Below, piece by piece: positions 1 to 10,336 of a stretch of DNA of 64,000 nt. The notes under the pieces were generated by a model. It had not been told where the DNA came from. It worked only from the letters and a program-made list of their open reading frames with translations, and searched no databases. Position 1 is the stretch's first letter. Each line of letters opens with the position of its first letter. Origin of the DNA: Azolla caroliniana (lineage: Eukaryota > Plantae > Polypodiophyta); the NCBI GenBank assembly GCA_043228905.1, contig JBHGNT010000006.1:6324001-6388000 (forward strand), read 5' to 3'. A program made the position numbers and the translations under genes.

Positions 1-185
1 ACACCATTAAAAGGGTCGGTGGCCTGGGACAAGTTGTCGGGAGTCGTTACGAAATCGGTATTCCCCACATCTTGATCGGAGACTCCCGACAATGTGCGAC
101 CGAAAGAGAAGGGAGATGGTGGGGAAGCGTAAGGAAGGGGATCAACGGTGGCGGGGAGAAACGAAAGAGGCGGTTGACTGAAGTA

Positions 186-1350
186 TGGGTCCTCCACACT
201 CGTTCCCGAGACTTAGGCGGTTGCGTCCGAGAACCAACAGAAGACCTAAGAGACGGAAAGTGGCGACGAGGACGCGGAGCGGAGTTCACGGCCAATACAA
301 CCGATCCGGAAGCGAAGAACGAAGATCGGTCCTATGGGTCACCTCACACCGGGCTAGAGACTTCGGCTGTCGGCATCGGATCCGACGTAAGACCAAGATA
401 CTAACGGTGGCGGCAGGAGAACGGGACCCGATAATGCGGAGTGACGAACGATCCCGAATGAGAAACGGGCGGAGCGGACTTCCGGATAACCGATCCGGAA
501 GGGAGGAAGAAGTAGGCCTACGGGGAGGCCGGAACACGGTACATCGGTACCACGGGAGAGGATGTGGAGCAAGCCACCCTCTCGACACGCAGAGAAGGAA
601 GACCCGGGATAGGGTCGGGAAGACGGGAGGCCCAAGGAGGATCCTTCACATTGGATCTAGAGACTTCGGCGGATGGCAGCGGAGCCGACGTAAGACCAAG
701 AGACTGACGGTGGCGGCGAGGGGACGAGGGCAAAGGCAGCGATGGGGCGATCCTACGACGATCCTCACCTCGATTCGGAGACTCCGGCGATCGGCCCGAG
801 AGCCAGCGTGAGACCTAGAGAGATGGACGATGGAGGCAGGTGAACGGAATCCCAAGCTACGACGTAGAAGTGCGGATGGGCGGTCCTATGGGATCCTCAC
901 ACCGATCTAGAGACACTGGTAGTTCAAGCCGACAAGGCAACGTGAGACCAAGTGAGAAGGATGGTGGCTGAAGGAAACGGGAACCGACGATGCGGGAAGT
1001 GCGGATGGGCGATCCTACGGCAATCCGGAGACTCCGGTAGTCGGCCCAAGAGCCGACATGAGACCTAGAGAGAAGGACGGTGGTGGCAGGTGCCTGGGAT
1101 CCGACAAAGCAAGGGCCGAAAAAGAGCGGAAAGAGGTATCAGGCCGGTGACGCGGCCACGAACCGGATACGGACCCGACTGGTAAAGTTGCCAGGACAAA
1201 GATCAGACGTGTTCGGTATACGAGTCGGTGACCCAACAAATCGGAGGCCCAAGAAGGATCCTTCACACTTGTCCGGAGACCCCGGCAGTTCGGCCAACGT
1301 GGCAACGTGAGACTGAGGGTAATGGAAGGTGGCGGAAAGGGGACGAAGGC
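186..1350. repeat. Degenerate GC-rich tandem repeat array in the 3' region of the Ty3 element
   Basis: Recurrent unit of the form GATCCT(T)CACAC...GAGAC...GTRAGACC(A/T)AGAGA...GGTGGCGG seen at about 186, 335, 638, 760, 890, 1010 and 1255, and again near 2245. Confidence 0.7.
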
Positions 1351-1631
1351 GACAACAATAGAAGCACCGAATAACCAAGGCGTCACACGAACGAAGGAGG
1401 CCATGCGGGCCGGAACGTGGCAAGGGTGATCTTTCGATAAGCTGTTGAGGACACTCGGTCAAGGAGCGGTGCGCCAAGCTGGGAAGGGCACACCAAAAGG
1501 CGAATCAGAAGACGTGTGTGTGTGGCCATCGAGGGCCAAAGCAAAGCACGAGTGGCAGCAACGGAAGACGAAGGTGGCCAAGCGCGCTACTACGGGGTGT
1601 TCCTCGTACGCGGAGGACACCGGTATGCGGA

Positions 1632-1689
1632 TGTAAAGAATCAAGAGATGGATTCTTGTGAAGCGGAAGAGATGTGAGTTATGTGTGTG

Positions 1690-1760
<71 letters not shown>

Positions 1761-2054
1761 CACAGAGAATACGCAAGGTAAAAGTATATTGACAAAGGAG
1801 AAAGATTCAACATTATACAAGGTGGGAGGAGGGTGCTTTATGTAGTCACCCTCTCTCTTCATTAACTACAAGACTCATGGAGCATGGGGAATGTGAAAGC
1901 TCATAAGTTATGTGTCATAGAATATCATTCTATGACTCATACTAAATGCTAGAATACAAAGTGGTGACATAATGGTGACTCTTGACCGTTGGAGTGTTTA
2001 TTCACTCTCAAGGTGAGTTCACACACTAGACCAAGTTGAGCTTGATTCTCAACA
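1632..2054 (-). mobile_element. Ty1/Copia solo LTR
   Basis: TGTAAAGAATC...TTCTCAACA termini. The TTGAGCTTGA...CTCAACA end is shared with the Copia LTRs ending at 13608, 18598, 36220 and 38840. Inverted homologue of 20372-20708. Degraded 5-bp TSD GCGGA/ATGGA. Contains a (GA)n tract. Confidence 0.75.
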
Positions 2055-2708
2055 ATGGAGAAGCGGCGATGGACAATCTGGCGGGACGAGGGCCGACAAT
2101 GTGTGCATGGGAAGTAACCGGAGCTCGGCATGGGCGGAGCCGAACATGAGAAGGGGATGCACGATACACGGAGGTGCCAGAGCGGGAATATAGGCGCGAT
2201 GAGGGGTTACCAGTCTAGGTGATCTCGCGTAGAAGGCCGGAGAGGCATCCTCCACTCTGGTTCCGGAGACCTTGGTAGTTCGGCCGCCATGGCAACGTAA
2301 GACCAAGGAGAAGTTACGTGGCGACGAGGGACGAAGGCGGTGGAGATCAGCGCGGAACAAGAATCAGGACGACGCGAAGTCAATGGAGGCCAAGTGGGCC
2401 ATCACGGGTGCTCCTCGAACGGAGAACATTGCGTATCCGAAGGGACGAGAAGCGTACATGCGATCGAAAGAAGGGCCAACGAGGAAGCACGGGCACTACG
2501 GGGTCGCGACAAATGACCTATCGACTGGTCGAACAGGCCTACGGGGAGGCAAACACGGAGAAGGAACCGGACTCGACGGTTCGGACCGGCGAGGCCAATG
2601 CGCAGCCGGAATGTTGATTACGGAAGACCGGTTCCTCATCGGCCGGAATCTCTCACCCTTCTCCGAACTATGCACGTACCGGTGGACGTGCGGTTTGGTG
2701 GGGGCAGA

Positions 2709-3541
2709 TGTCATGAAGATTTCGGGCCATGGTGAGAAACTAGGGAATATCGGAAGAATCAGCGGAGTGCATCATGTGCACTTACCCTTGTAAAAATGTG
2801 TGAGTAATAGGGGTGCCTTTATGGCGCTGAGTAGGAGTTAATTCAAGATAGAGGATCCCATGTAATAAGGGATTTATCCCACATTCTTACACATCCTTCT
2901 CATTGTTCTATAAAAGGAAGGGAGCGCCCTTTGTAAAGGGGTTGCCCATTTTGAGTTAGGAGGGTATACCGTTAAGTTTGAAGAAAGTTAGTTTTCTCTC
3001 TCTTTATTCTCTCTTGCCTAGGGTTTCATCAAGTTCTTCTTCTTCTTCGTCGTTTTGTGCGACCGAGTCCTGGCATCTAGCGGTTCTGTTTCGGCCTTGT
3101 CTGTTGCGCAAGACCCCGCTCGGCGCGACGAGCCCGAGAGCTCCCCGACCGACGGCTTGGCAGTAGACAACTGTTGTATCCTGAGCTTCTTAGGTCTGGC
3201 TCGAAGCCGATATTGTATCCTGTTCTTGTAAATTTAGATGTGGAAGGTTTTGCGTTCAATGTCTATGTGGGTGCCTTTAGTGTTCTCTTTCTTTTGTTTC
3301 TATACATAAGGGCGTGAGTTGGGCCGGTGTTGTGTGCGTGCGTGCTCTCTCTCCCTCTATCCATCTCGCCCTCTTTTCTATTCAGTAGCCGCTTGCCTCC
3401 AACCGGTAACATTCCGGTTTTGTTCTACTCTAGTGCGGCCGGTCACGGAGGGAGTCAATCTCCCGGTGCCCTCTACTCCCTAGTCCAAGACCCCCGCGGT
3501 TCCACCTTGGATCCTACACGTACTTGCGGAATACCGCGACA
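2709..3541 (+). repeat. 3' LTR (833 bp) of the Ty3 element
   Basis: TG...CA ends, TATA-like CTATAAAAGG near 2908, and long blocks shared with the solo LTR 12591-18886. Confidence 0.8.
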
Positions 3542-4690
3542 CCGTATTTGCGAAAAATGGGGAATATCCTGTAGAAGAATGGGTTGAGTTGTTGTAATAG
3601 AATTCAACCAAGTGCAAAAAATCAACACAATCATCTTGTTGATAGTTGATGAAACAATGAATATATGGCACCAAAGTTAGGTTGGTGCGTTCAGTTTGGT
3701 CATTAGTCTCGAGATGATAGCCCGAAGAAAGCTTAACCGAAATGCGGAGAAGTTTGAACATGTGCTTCCAAAACTTTGAGATGAATTGTGGACCACGATC
3801 ACTAATAATATCATCCGGCAGACCATGATGCCTAAATACCTCCTGCATAATGAGATCAACTACCTCTTGACTAGTAATAGACTTCGTCATGGCAAGAAAT
3901 GTGCCATTTTGGTAAATCGATCAACCACTATGAGAATTTCATCAAAACCTTTTGAAACTCGAAGATCGGTAAGGAAATCCAAGGATATAGACTTCCAAGG
4001 ATTTTCCGGAATGGAAGTGGTTGTAGTAAGACATAGGATCAATGTCGAGGACTCTTTGATCGACAACATGTATCACAGCTGTGAAAATACTCCTCAACAA
4101 AATGATGAAGGCGAGGCCACCAATAGTGTTGAGAAATTAATTCTAGAGTTTTGCGAACTCCAAAATGACCAACCATTGGTGAGTCATGGCAATGTTGTAA
4201 AACTTGTGGTCGTGTGGGACCATCAACAACATACAATAGGTTTTGTTGAAACAAAAAACTACCATGCCAATAGAACTGACGATAGTCATTACGAGGGTTT
4301 TTCGACTGTGAGCAAGAAGCACGATCGGGGACGATATGATCCAAAACATCCTTGGTGAATTCATCAGTGGCCATATGATCTCGAATGGAATCAAGAAGAG
4401 TGGAATCTTCAAGAGTTGTTAAGGTATTAACTACCATTAATCGTAGGCGATTACACCCAAAAGGATTTGTTTTTTATGCTTGAATGCAGGTTCCCCTGGA
4501 CGAAGTTTCATATAAGAGCGCCAAGAAAGGGCATTTGCTTTGCCTTGTTGCATCCCAAGGCGATATATGATGACAAAGTCAAAGTGAGTAAAAAATTGCG
4601 CCCACTGGACTAGTTGTCGACCCAAGACTCGAGCATTTTGGAAATATGTCAGGTTTTTATGATCGTTGTAAACAATGATCTGCTGAGAAG

Positions 4691-5239
4691 TGTCGTGACT
4701 CTTGAGTAGGAAGCAGAGAGAGAGCGATGGCGATAGAGATAACGATAACGATAGAGATGGCGAGAGCGGTAGAGATAGCGATAGTGATAGCAAAAGAGAG
4801 TGAAAAAGGGAGAGAGTGCGAGAGAGAGAAAAGTATAAGTGAGAGATAAGAAATGGGAATGAGATTATATTATGAGAAAGAAGATTACAAGGAGTAGGCT
4901 AAGGGCTAAAGACTGGTGTTGAACCGAATGAGTTGTGATGAGTGTATGGACTCTTATTTATAGGCCCTTATGGAGTATTCTAGAATGTTCTAGAATATTT
5001 TAGATATTTATGAATAATAATAATAATAAATATAATCATGAAATATTCAAGAACATTCTAGAATAATCTAGAATGTTCTAAATATCTCGTAATAACTAAA
5101 CATATAATTATTATGATTACATCTCACATATGTTATTACAATGGTTAAAGTACAATATGTAAACCAAGAGGTTATGGGTTCGATTCCTGGTTCGCCAAGA
5201 TGAATGTCATGATAAGCCAAGATGTATGTCTTCATGACA
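4691..5239 (-). repeat. 3' LTR of the young chromovirus
   Basis: TGTCGTGAC...TCATGACA direct repeat of 10073-10621, adjacent to the PPT. Confidence 0.97.
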
Positions 5240-8200
5240 TTATCCCCCCTTTTCGATGACGAGTTGCACGAGTCGGAAGAAAAGAGTTCAGACTTGGTTT
5301 ATGAGGATATTGGTTGTGAAATGCAACAACCATGTCGGAGGCATTGGCAAGATGTTCGGCAGGCTCCCATGTTCGATCATTAGGTGTATAGCCTAACCAA
5401 TCAACCAAGTAGTATAGTTTGTTGCGAATGATCTTGGAGTCGAGGATAGCGGCAACCTCATATTCAGAGCCATTGGAAACATCAATTGGAGGTGGGGGAG
5501 GTGTAACACGACCCGGAATAGAGCTCGTTGTGTAGGGCTCCAAAAGTGAAACATGGAAGACCGGGTGAAGACGCATATGAGGAGGAAGATCAAGACGAAA
5601 TGTCACATCATTGATCTTACCATTTATGACATATGGGCCAAAACGTTGATAATCCAATTTGTAGCAAGGTCGGGTCGTTTTAATGCTACCTTGTAAGAGC
5701 CATACACGATCGCCTACTTGAAATGTAGTCGATGAATCACGCCGATGACGGTCAGCAATCTTCTTTTGAGTGTTTTGGGCTTCACATAAATGATGCAAAA
5801 GCATATCCTGAACTTCTTGGAGTCGAGTGAGCCGATCTTCAGCAGCTGGGTTTTTTGGGAGTTCAGGATGTTCAAGCATCGTCCAACGAGGATGGTACCC
5901 AATGTTTGCAAAAAATGGGGAATATCCAGTAGAAGAATGCTCGGAGTTGTTATAAGCAAATTCTGCCAAAGGTAGTAAATCCACCCAATCATCTTGTTGA
6001 TAGTTGACAAAACAACGTAGATATTGCTCGACTGTTTGGTTGGTGCGCTCACTCTGCCCATTAGTCTCTGGATGGTAGCCGAAAGAGAGTTTACAAGAAG
6101 TATGTAAGAGTTTGAACATGTGCCGCCAAAATTTCGAGATGAATTGGGGACCCCGATCACTGATAATATCATCCGGAAGACCATGATGGCGAAACACCTC
6201 CCGCATGAGTAAATCAGCTGTCTCTTGACTAGTAATGGTCTTTGTGCATGGAAGGAAATGTGCCATCTTCGTAAAACGATCGACAACCGTGAGAATCGAA
6301 TCAAATCCCTTGGAAGGTGGAAGATCCGTAATAAAGTCCAAGGAAATAGATTTCCATGGGCTCTCCGGAATAGGCATTGGCTGTAATAAGCCATATGGAT
6401 GATGTCGAGGCTTTTTTGATCGGCAACATGTATCACAGCTACGAACATAATCCGTAACAAAATGGCGAAGCCGTGGCCACCAATATCGGCGAGAAATCAA
6501 CTCAAAAGTCTTGTGGATGCCGAAGTGTCCCGCCATTGGTGTGTCATGACATTGTTGCATGACTTTGAGTCGAGAAGGACCGTCAGGCACATACAAGAGA
6601 GTTTGTCGAAAAAGTAACCCATCATGCCAACTAAACTGGGTGTAGTCTAGACGAGGATTTTGAGTTTGGGAGCTAGATGCACGATTTGGGATAATATGGC
6701 TCAAAACCTCTTGGGCGAACGCATCAGTCGCAATCTGCTCACGAATGGAATCAAGAAGCCTTGAATCTCCCGGTGTGTTGATGGTATGCATTGCCATTAT
6801 TCGTAGACGATCAGGACCTAAGAGGATTTGCTTTTGGCTTTCAAATGCGGCCTCTCCAGGTTGAAGTTCCATATACGAACGTCTAGATAAAGCATCTGCT
6901 TTTCCTTGTTGCATCCCAGGGCGATATAGAATTACAAAATCGAAACGAGTTAAGAACTGCGCCCAACGAGCTTGTCGTCGATTCAAGACTCGAGCACTTT
7001 GAAAGTATGTTAGATTTTTATGATCATTGTAGACAATAATCTGCTGAGAAGAACCCTCCAGAAAATGACGCCATTGTTGAAAAGAATCCACAATGGCAAG
7101 AAGCTCTTTGTCGTGAATCTCATAGTTGATTTCTGCGGCTTCAAATTTTCGTGAGTGAAAAGCCACCGGGTGCAGTTCACCATCATCACCAATTTGGGAT
7201 AGTACACTTCCGAGTGCGAAATCCGATGCATCAGCTTCAAGTATAAAGCGCCTCATTGGATCGACATGGATTAAGATTGGTGCGGATGTAAATGCTTGCT
7301 TTAAACCCTCAAATGCAGAGTTCGCATCTATACTCCATACAAATGGTCGATTCTTGTGCGTCAGTTGAGTGAGGGGCAACACAATTTTTGAATAATCTTT
7401 GATGAACTTGCGATAAAAGTTTGCGAACCCCAAAAAACATTGCACATCTCGCACGGACTGTGGTGTTTGCCAATCCAAAATTGTTTGAACATTTGATGGA
7501 TCCATAGAGATGCCATTTGAAGAGACTATGTACCCCAAAAACTCCACTTGACATTGGTCGAAACTACACTTCTCCAATTTTGCATAGAGACCATACTCTC
7601 GTAGCCGTTGCAAAACTTGGCGAACATGTATATCATGTTCTTCTTGAGTTTTTGAGTAGATCAAGATATCATCCAGGTAAACAATGATGAAGATATCGAG
7701 GAAGTCTCGAAAAATATCATTCGCCATATGTTGGAAGACTGTTGGTGCATTCGTGAGGCCAAAAGGCATCACTGTGTACTCAAAATGACCATAGCGAGTG
7801 CGGAACGCCGTCTTCCATTCATCCCCAGGACGAATTCGAACAAGGTTGTAGGCACCTCGAAGATCTAACTTCGTGAAATACTTTGCTTCACTGAGGCGTT
7901 CTAGAAGGCTTGAGATCAATGGGAGAGCATATCGGTTTCTAACGGTCACTTTATTCAAGCCTCGATAATCCACGACCATACGAAGCGTACCATCTTTCTT
8001 CTTAATGAAAAAGATGGGTGCACCAGCAGGAGATTTTGAATGTTGGATAAAACCATTTGCCAAGTTCTCATTGATATATTCTCGAAGAACCTCTAACTCC
8101 GTGGGCGAAAGATTATAAATTGGTCCCCATGGAGGCTCTTTTCCTGGCTGCAAATCAATTGGGCAATCATATGGTCGATGCTCTGGTAGTCTATTAGCCT

Positions 8201-8900
8201 TCACCTTATCGAACACATCGGAGAATTCTATGTACTTCTTTGGTAGTTGGACCCCCAATTCTTGTGAGCTAGATGAGGGAGTTGCTAAAACCGCAAATAC
8301 CATCATGTCTTCCTTTCTTCCATCCTCTCGTAATTGATGTATAGAGATTGTTAAAATTGTGGGGGATCCTAGATCCTTAGTTGGAGCTTCAAGAGACTTG
8401 GATTGTACGGTGACCTCTTCAATAGTTCTTTTTCTCCAATCAATGGTTGGGTTATGTAACTCAAACCAAGGAAGACCAAGAACTAGAGAGTGCTCCGGAC
8501 TACTAATGATGTTAAATGAGATGACACTAGCCAAATTACCTAGGACTACACGAATTGGTTCAGACTCTTCGACTATATCTCCTGATGCTATAGGGCGACC
8601 ATCGATGACTCCTACCGCTACTGGGTTTGGGAGTTTTTTCAAGATGATGTTTTGAGTCAATGCAAACTCGCGATCCATGAAACAAGAATTGGCTCCGGAA
8701 TCTAGGAGGGCAGAGGCTAGGGCGCGATGACCTGTAGATGTGCTAAGCTCGACTTGTGCAGAAAAAACTCTACTAACTTGATTTGATGAAATGGAACCAC
8801 AACTAGGTACTGACTCTACATAACTAGGATGGTCCAACCAAATGGCTCCTATTTTGGCCGGACTTATTCGTTTAACACATCCTCTAATTGGCTCAAGACA
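5232..8900 (-). CDS. pol: Pol polyprotein: aspartic protease, RT, RNase H, integrase, chromodomain
   Basis: Open frame from 8900 to 5232. Motifs: LLDSGA, YLDD, DASDFALG/YEIHDKELLA, HHCC, DDE core, FGPY, and YEVAAILDSK...YYLVDWLGY...TWEP. No ATG near the start of the frame, so it is probably entered by a -1 frameshift. Confidence 0.97.
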   Translation of the reverse strand, partial: CLEPIRGCVKRISPAKIGAIWLDHPSYVESVPSCGSISSNQVSRVFSAQVELSTSTGHRALASALLDSGANSCFMDREFALTQNIILKKLPNPVAVGVIDGRPIASGDIVEESEPIRVVLGNLASVISFNIISSPEHSLVLGLPWFELHNPTIDWRKRTIEEVTVQSKSLEAPTKDLGSPTILTISIHQLREDGRKEDMMVFAVLATPSSSSQELGVQLPKKYIEFSDVFDKVKANRLPEHRPYDCPIDLQPGKEPPWGPIYNLSPTELEVLREYINENLANGFIQHSKSPAGAPIFFIKKKDGTLRMVVDYRGLNKVTVRNRYALPLISSLLERLSEAKYFTKLDLRGAYNLVRIRPGDEWKTAFRTRYGHFEYTVMPFGLTNAPTVFQHMANDIFRDFLDIFIIVYLDDILIYSKTQEEHDIHVRQVLQRLREYGLYAKLEKCSFDQCQVEFLGYIVSSNGISMDPSNVQTILDWQTPQSVRDVQCFLGFANFYRKFIKDYSKIVLPLTQLTHKNRPFVWSIDANSAFEGLKQAFTSAPILIHVDPMRRFILEADASDFALGSVLSQIGDDGELHPVAFHSRKFEAAEINYEIHDKELLAIVDSFQQWRHFLEGSSQQIIVYNDHKNLTYFQSARVLNRRQARWAQFLTRFDFVILYRPGMQQGKADALSRRSYMELQPGEAAFESQKQILLGPDRLRIMAMHTINTPGDSRLLDSIREQIATDAFAQEVLSHIIPNRASSSQTQNPRLDYTQFSWHDGLLFRQTLLYVPDGPSRLKVMQQCHDTPMAGHFGIHKTFELISRRYWWPRLRHFVTDYVRSCDTCCRSKKPRHHPYGLLQPMPIPESPWKSISLDFITDLPPSKGFDSILTVVDRFTKMAHFLPCTKTITSQETADLLMREVFRHHGLPDDIISDRGPQFISKFWRHMFKLLHTSCKLSFGYHPETNGQSERTNQTVEQYLRCFVNYQQDDWVDLLPLAEFAYNNSEHSSTGYSPFFANIGYHPRWTMLEHPELPKNPAAEDRLTRLQEVQDMLLHHLCEAQNTQKKIADRHRRDSSTTFQVGDRVWLLQGSIKTTRPCYKLDYQRFGPYVINGKINDVTFRLDLPPHMRLHPVFHVSLLEPYTTSSIPGRVTPPPPPIDVSNGSEYEVAAILDSKIIRNKLYYLVDWLGYTPNDRTWEPAEHLANASDMVVAFHNQYPHKPSLNSFLPTRATRHRKGGIMS
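8825..8876 (-). other. Putative -1 ribosomal frameshift signal (G_UUA_AAC plus H-type pseudoknot)
   Basis: Slippery heptamer at 8876-8870, 6-nt spacer, stem 1 GUCCGGCCAAA/UUUGGUUGGAC, stem 2 UAGGA/UCCUA. The -1 frame is the pol frame. Conserved at 12339-12390. Confidence 0.75.
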
Positions 8901-8940
8901 TCAAATCTATTCTCATGGCATGGGCTATTAGGCTTAGTAC

Positions 8941-9987
8941 TTAAGTTATTAGAAGTGATAGTAGAACTTGATGTAGGGTTGTCATGTGCACTTGGTAAAC
9001 TTGACGCCTGGGTTTATGTGGACAATTCACAGCTATATGTCCTGGACCACCACAGTAGAGGCATAGGCGATGCGCCCGACGTCGTTGTTTCTCAGCATCT
9101 GATAAGGGCCCTCGACGTTGTGTCGACTCTATTTCCATCGGAGTGGGACCATCCCTCGTAACGGGTCTAGAACCTTGTGGCGGTGTGGCGACTATAGAAG
9201 CGTATGTCTGTTCCGGTTGGCGGCATAACATTTGTTGACGTTCAGAACGTCGCTCAAATAGGCGATTATCACATCGCACAGCTCGGCTAATAGCTTCAGT
9301 AAGAGACTTTGGATCTTCATGGAAAGTAAGAAGAAGATCTTTGACATCGTTACGCAAACCCTGACGGAATTGATCCATTAAGGCTACCTCATCCCAAGGG
9401 ATGTCGCATGCCAAGAGACGGAAATCTGCGGCATAAGCTGAAGCGGGACGATCTCCTTGTCGGAGTCTTCGAATCTTGTTTATTGCAGTCCTAGTGCTAT
9501 CCGTATCTCCAAAACTAGCTTGAAACTCCTTAACGAATGCCTCGAAATCCTCCAGTAATGGTGATTTCTTCTCAAGAAGTGGTGCAAACCATGCTAACGC
9601 TGTACCGCTTAGCAAGGTTCCTATTAATCCCACACGGGCAACATCAGTTGGATACCGATTGGGATGTAACTGAATCACCAAACGAACTTGATTCAGGAAA
9701 CCTCGAAAGAGAGATCTGGTACCATCAAACTTGGCAGGGAGGCTAATCTTTGGTTCCCTTGGGGAGTTTTGAACCCCCGCCGCTTGTTCTCGTAATGTTA
9801 ATATAGTAGCCTCAAGTTGATGAACCCGTTGTGATAACTCCTCATATTGATGAGCTTTCTCAGTACTGACTTGTTGAAGATCCCCGAGTAGCCTTTGATT
9901 TTCTTGCTCTAATGCCACAAACTTAGTGGTGAGCATATCGAGCTCCGAAAGGACACGCATATACTCTTGCTTGCTGACCGACTCCAT
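8941..9987 (-). CDS. gag: Gag (coiled coil, capsid, CCHC zinc knuckle) with a frameshifted C-terminus
   Basis: 348 aa ORF with PAKFDG, LRQG...AYAADFR...FRQGL, PMEI and CLYCGGPGHIAVNC. Confidence 0.93.
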   Translation of the reverse strand: MESVSKQEYMRVLSELDMLTTKFVALEQENQRLLGDLQQVSTEKAHQYEELSQRVHQLEATILTLREQAAGVQNSPREPKISLPAKFDGTRSLFRGFLNQVRLVIQLHPNRYPTDVARVGLIGTLLSGTALAWFAPLLEKKSPLLEDFEAFVKEFQASFGDTDSTRTAINKIRRLRQGDRPASAYAADFRLLACDIPWDEVALMDQFRQGLRNDVKDLLLTFHEDPKSLTEAISRAVRCDNRLFERRSERQQMLCRQPEQTYASIVATPPQGSRPVTRDGPTPMEIESTQRRGPLSDAEKQRRRAHRLCLYCGGPGHIAVNCPHKPRRQVYQVHMTTLHQVLLSLLIT

Positions 9988-10059
9988 AACCGCGGGGGAA
10001 AAAGAAAGAAGGATAAAGAAGAAAGCTTGCTAGGGTTATTGGAGAAAGGGAAAAGAAAT

Positions 10060-10070
10060 ATTCGGTTCAA
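10060..10070 (-). other. Non-tRNA primer binding site (self-priming type)
   Basis: Sense sequence UUGAACCGAAU lies 2 nt after the 5' LTR and has no TGG. It is exactly complementary to 10311-10301 inside the LTR. Confidence 0.8.
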
Positions 10071-10336
10071 ACTGTCGTGACTCTTGAGTAGGAAGCAGAG
10101 AGAGAGCGATGGCGATAGAGATAACGATAACGATAGAGATGGCGAGAGCGGTAGAGATAGCGATAGTGATAGCAAAAGAGAGTGAAAAAGGGAGAGAGTG
10201 CGAGAGAGAGAAAAGTATAAGTGAGAGATAAGAAATGGGAATGAGATTATATTATGAGAAAGAAGATTACAAGGAGTAGGCTAAGGGCTAAAGACTGGTG
10301 TTGAACCGAATGAGTTGTGATGAGTGTATGGACTCT

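Larger units (their letters stand above)
1..3541 (+). mobile_element. 3' part of a non-chromovirus Ty3/Gypsy LTR retrotransposon (long 3' region, PPT and 3' LTR), truncated by the window edge and inserted into the host chromovirus integrase
   Basis: Purine tract GGTGGGGGCAGA directly before an LTR that starts TGTCATGAAG (2709) and ends CCGCGACA (3541). The PPT-LTR junction and U5 end resemble the element at 21897-28909. Host integrase sequence resumes at 3542. Confidence 0.8.

Noticed and set aside
5127-5197. Functional tRNA gene
   Set aside because: A and B boxes are present, but the acceptor and anticodon stems do not pair, so it is reported only as a tRNA-like module.
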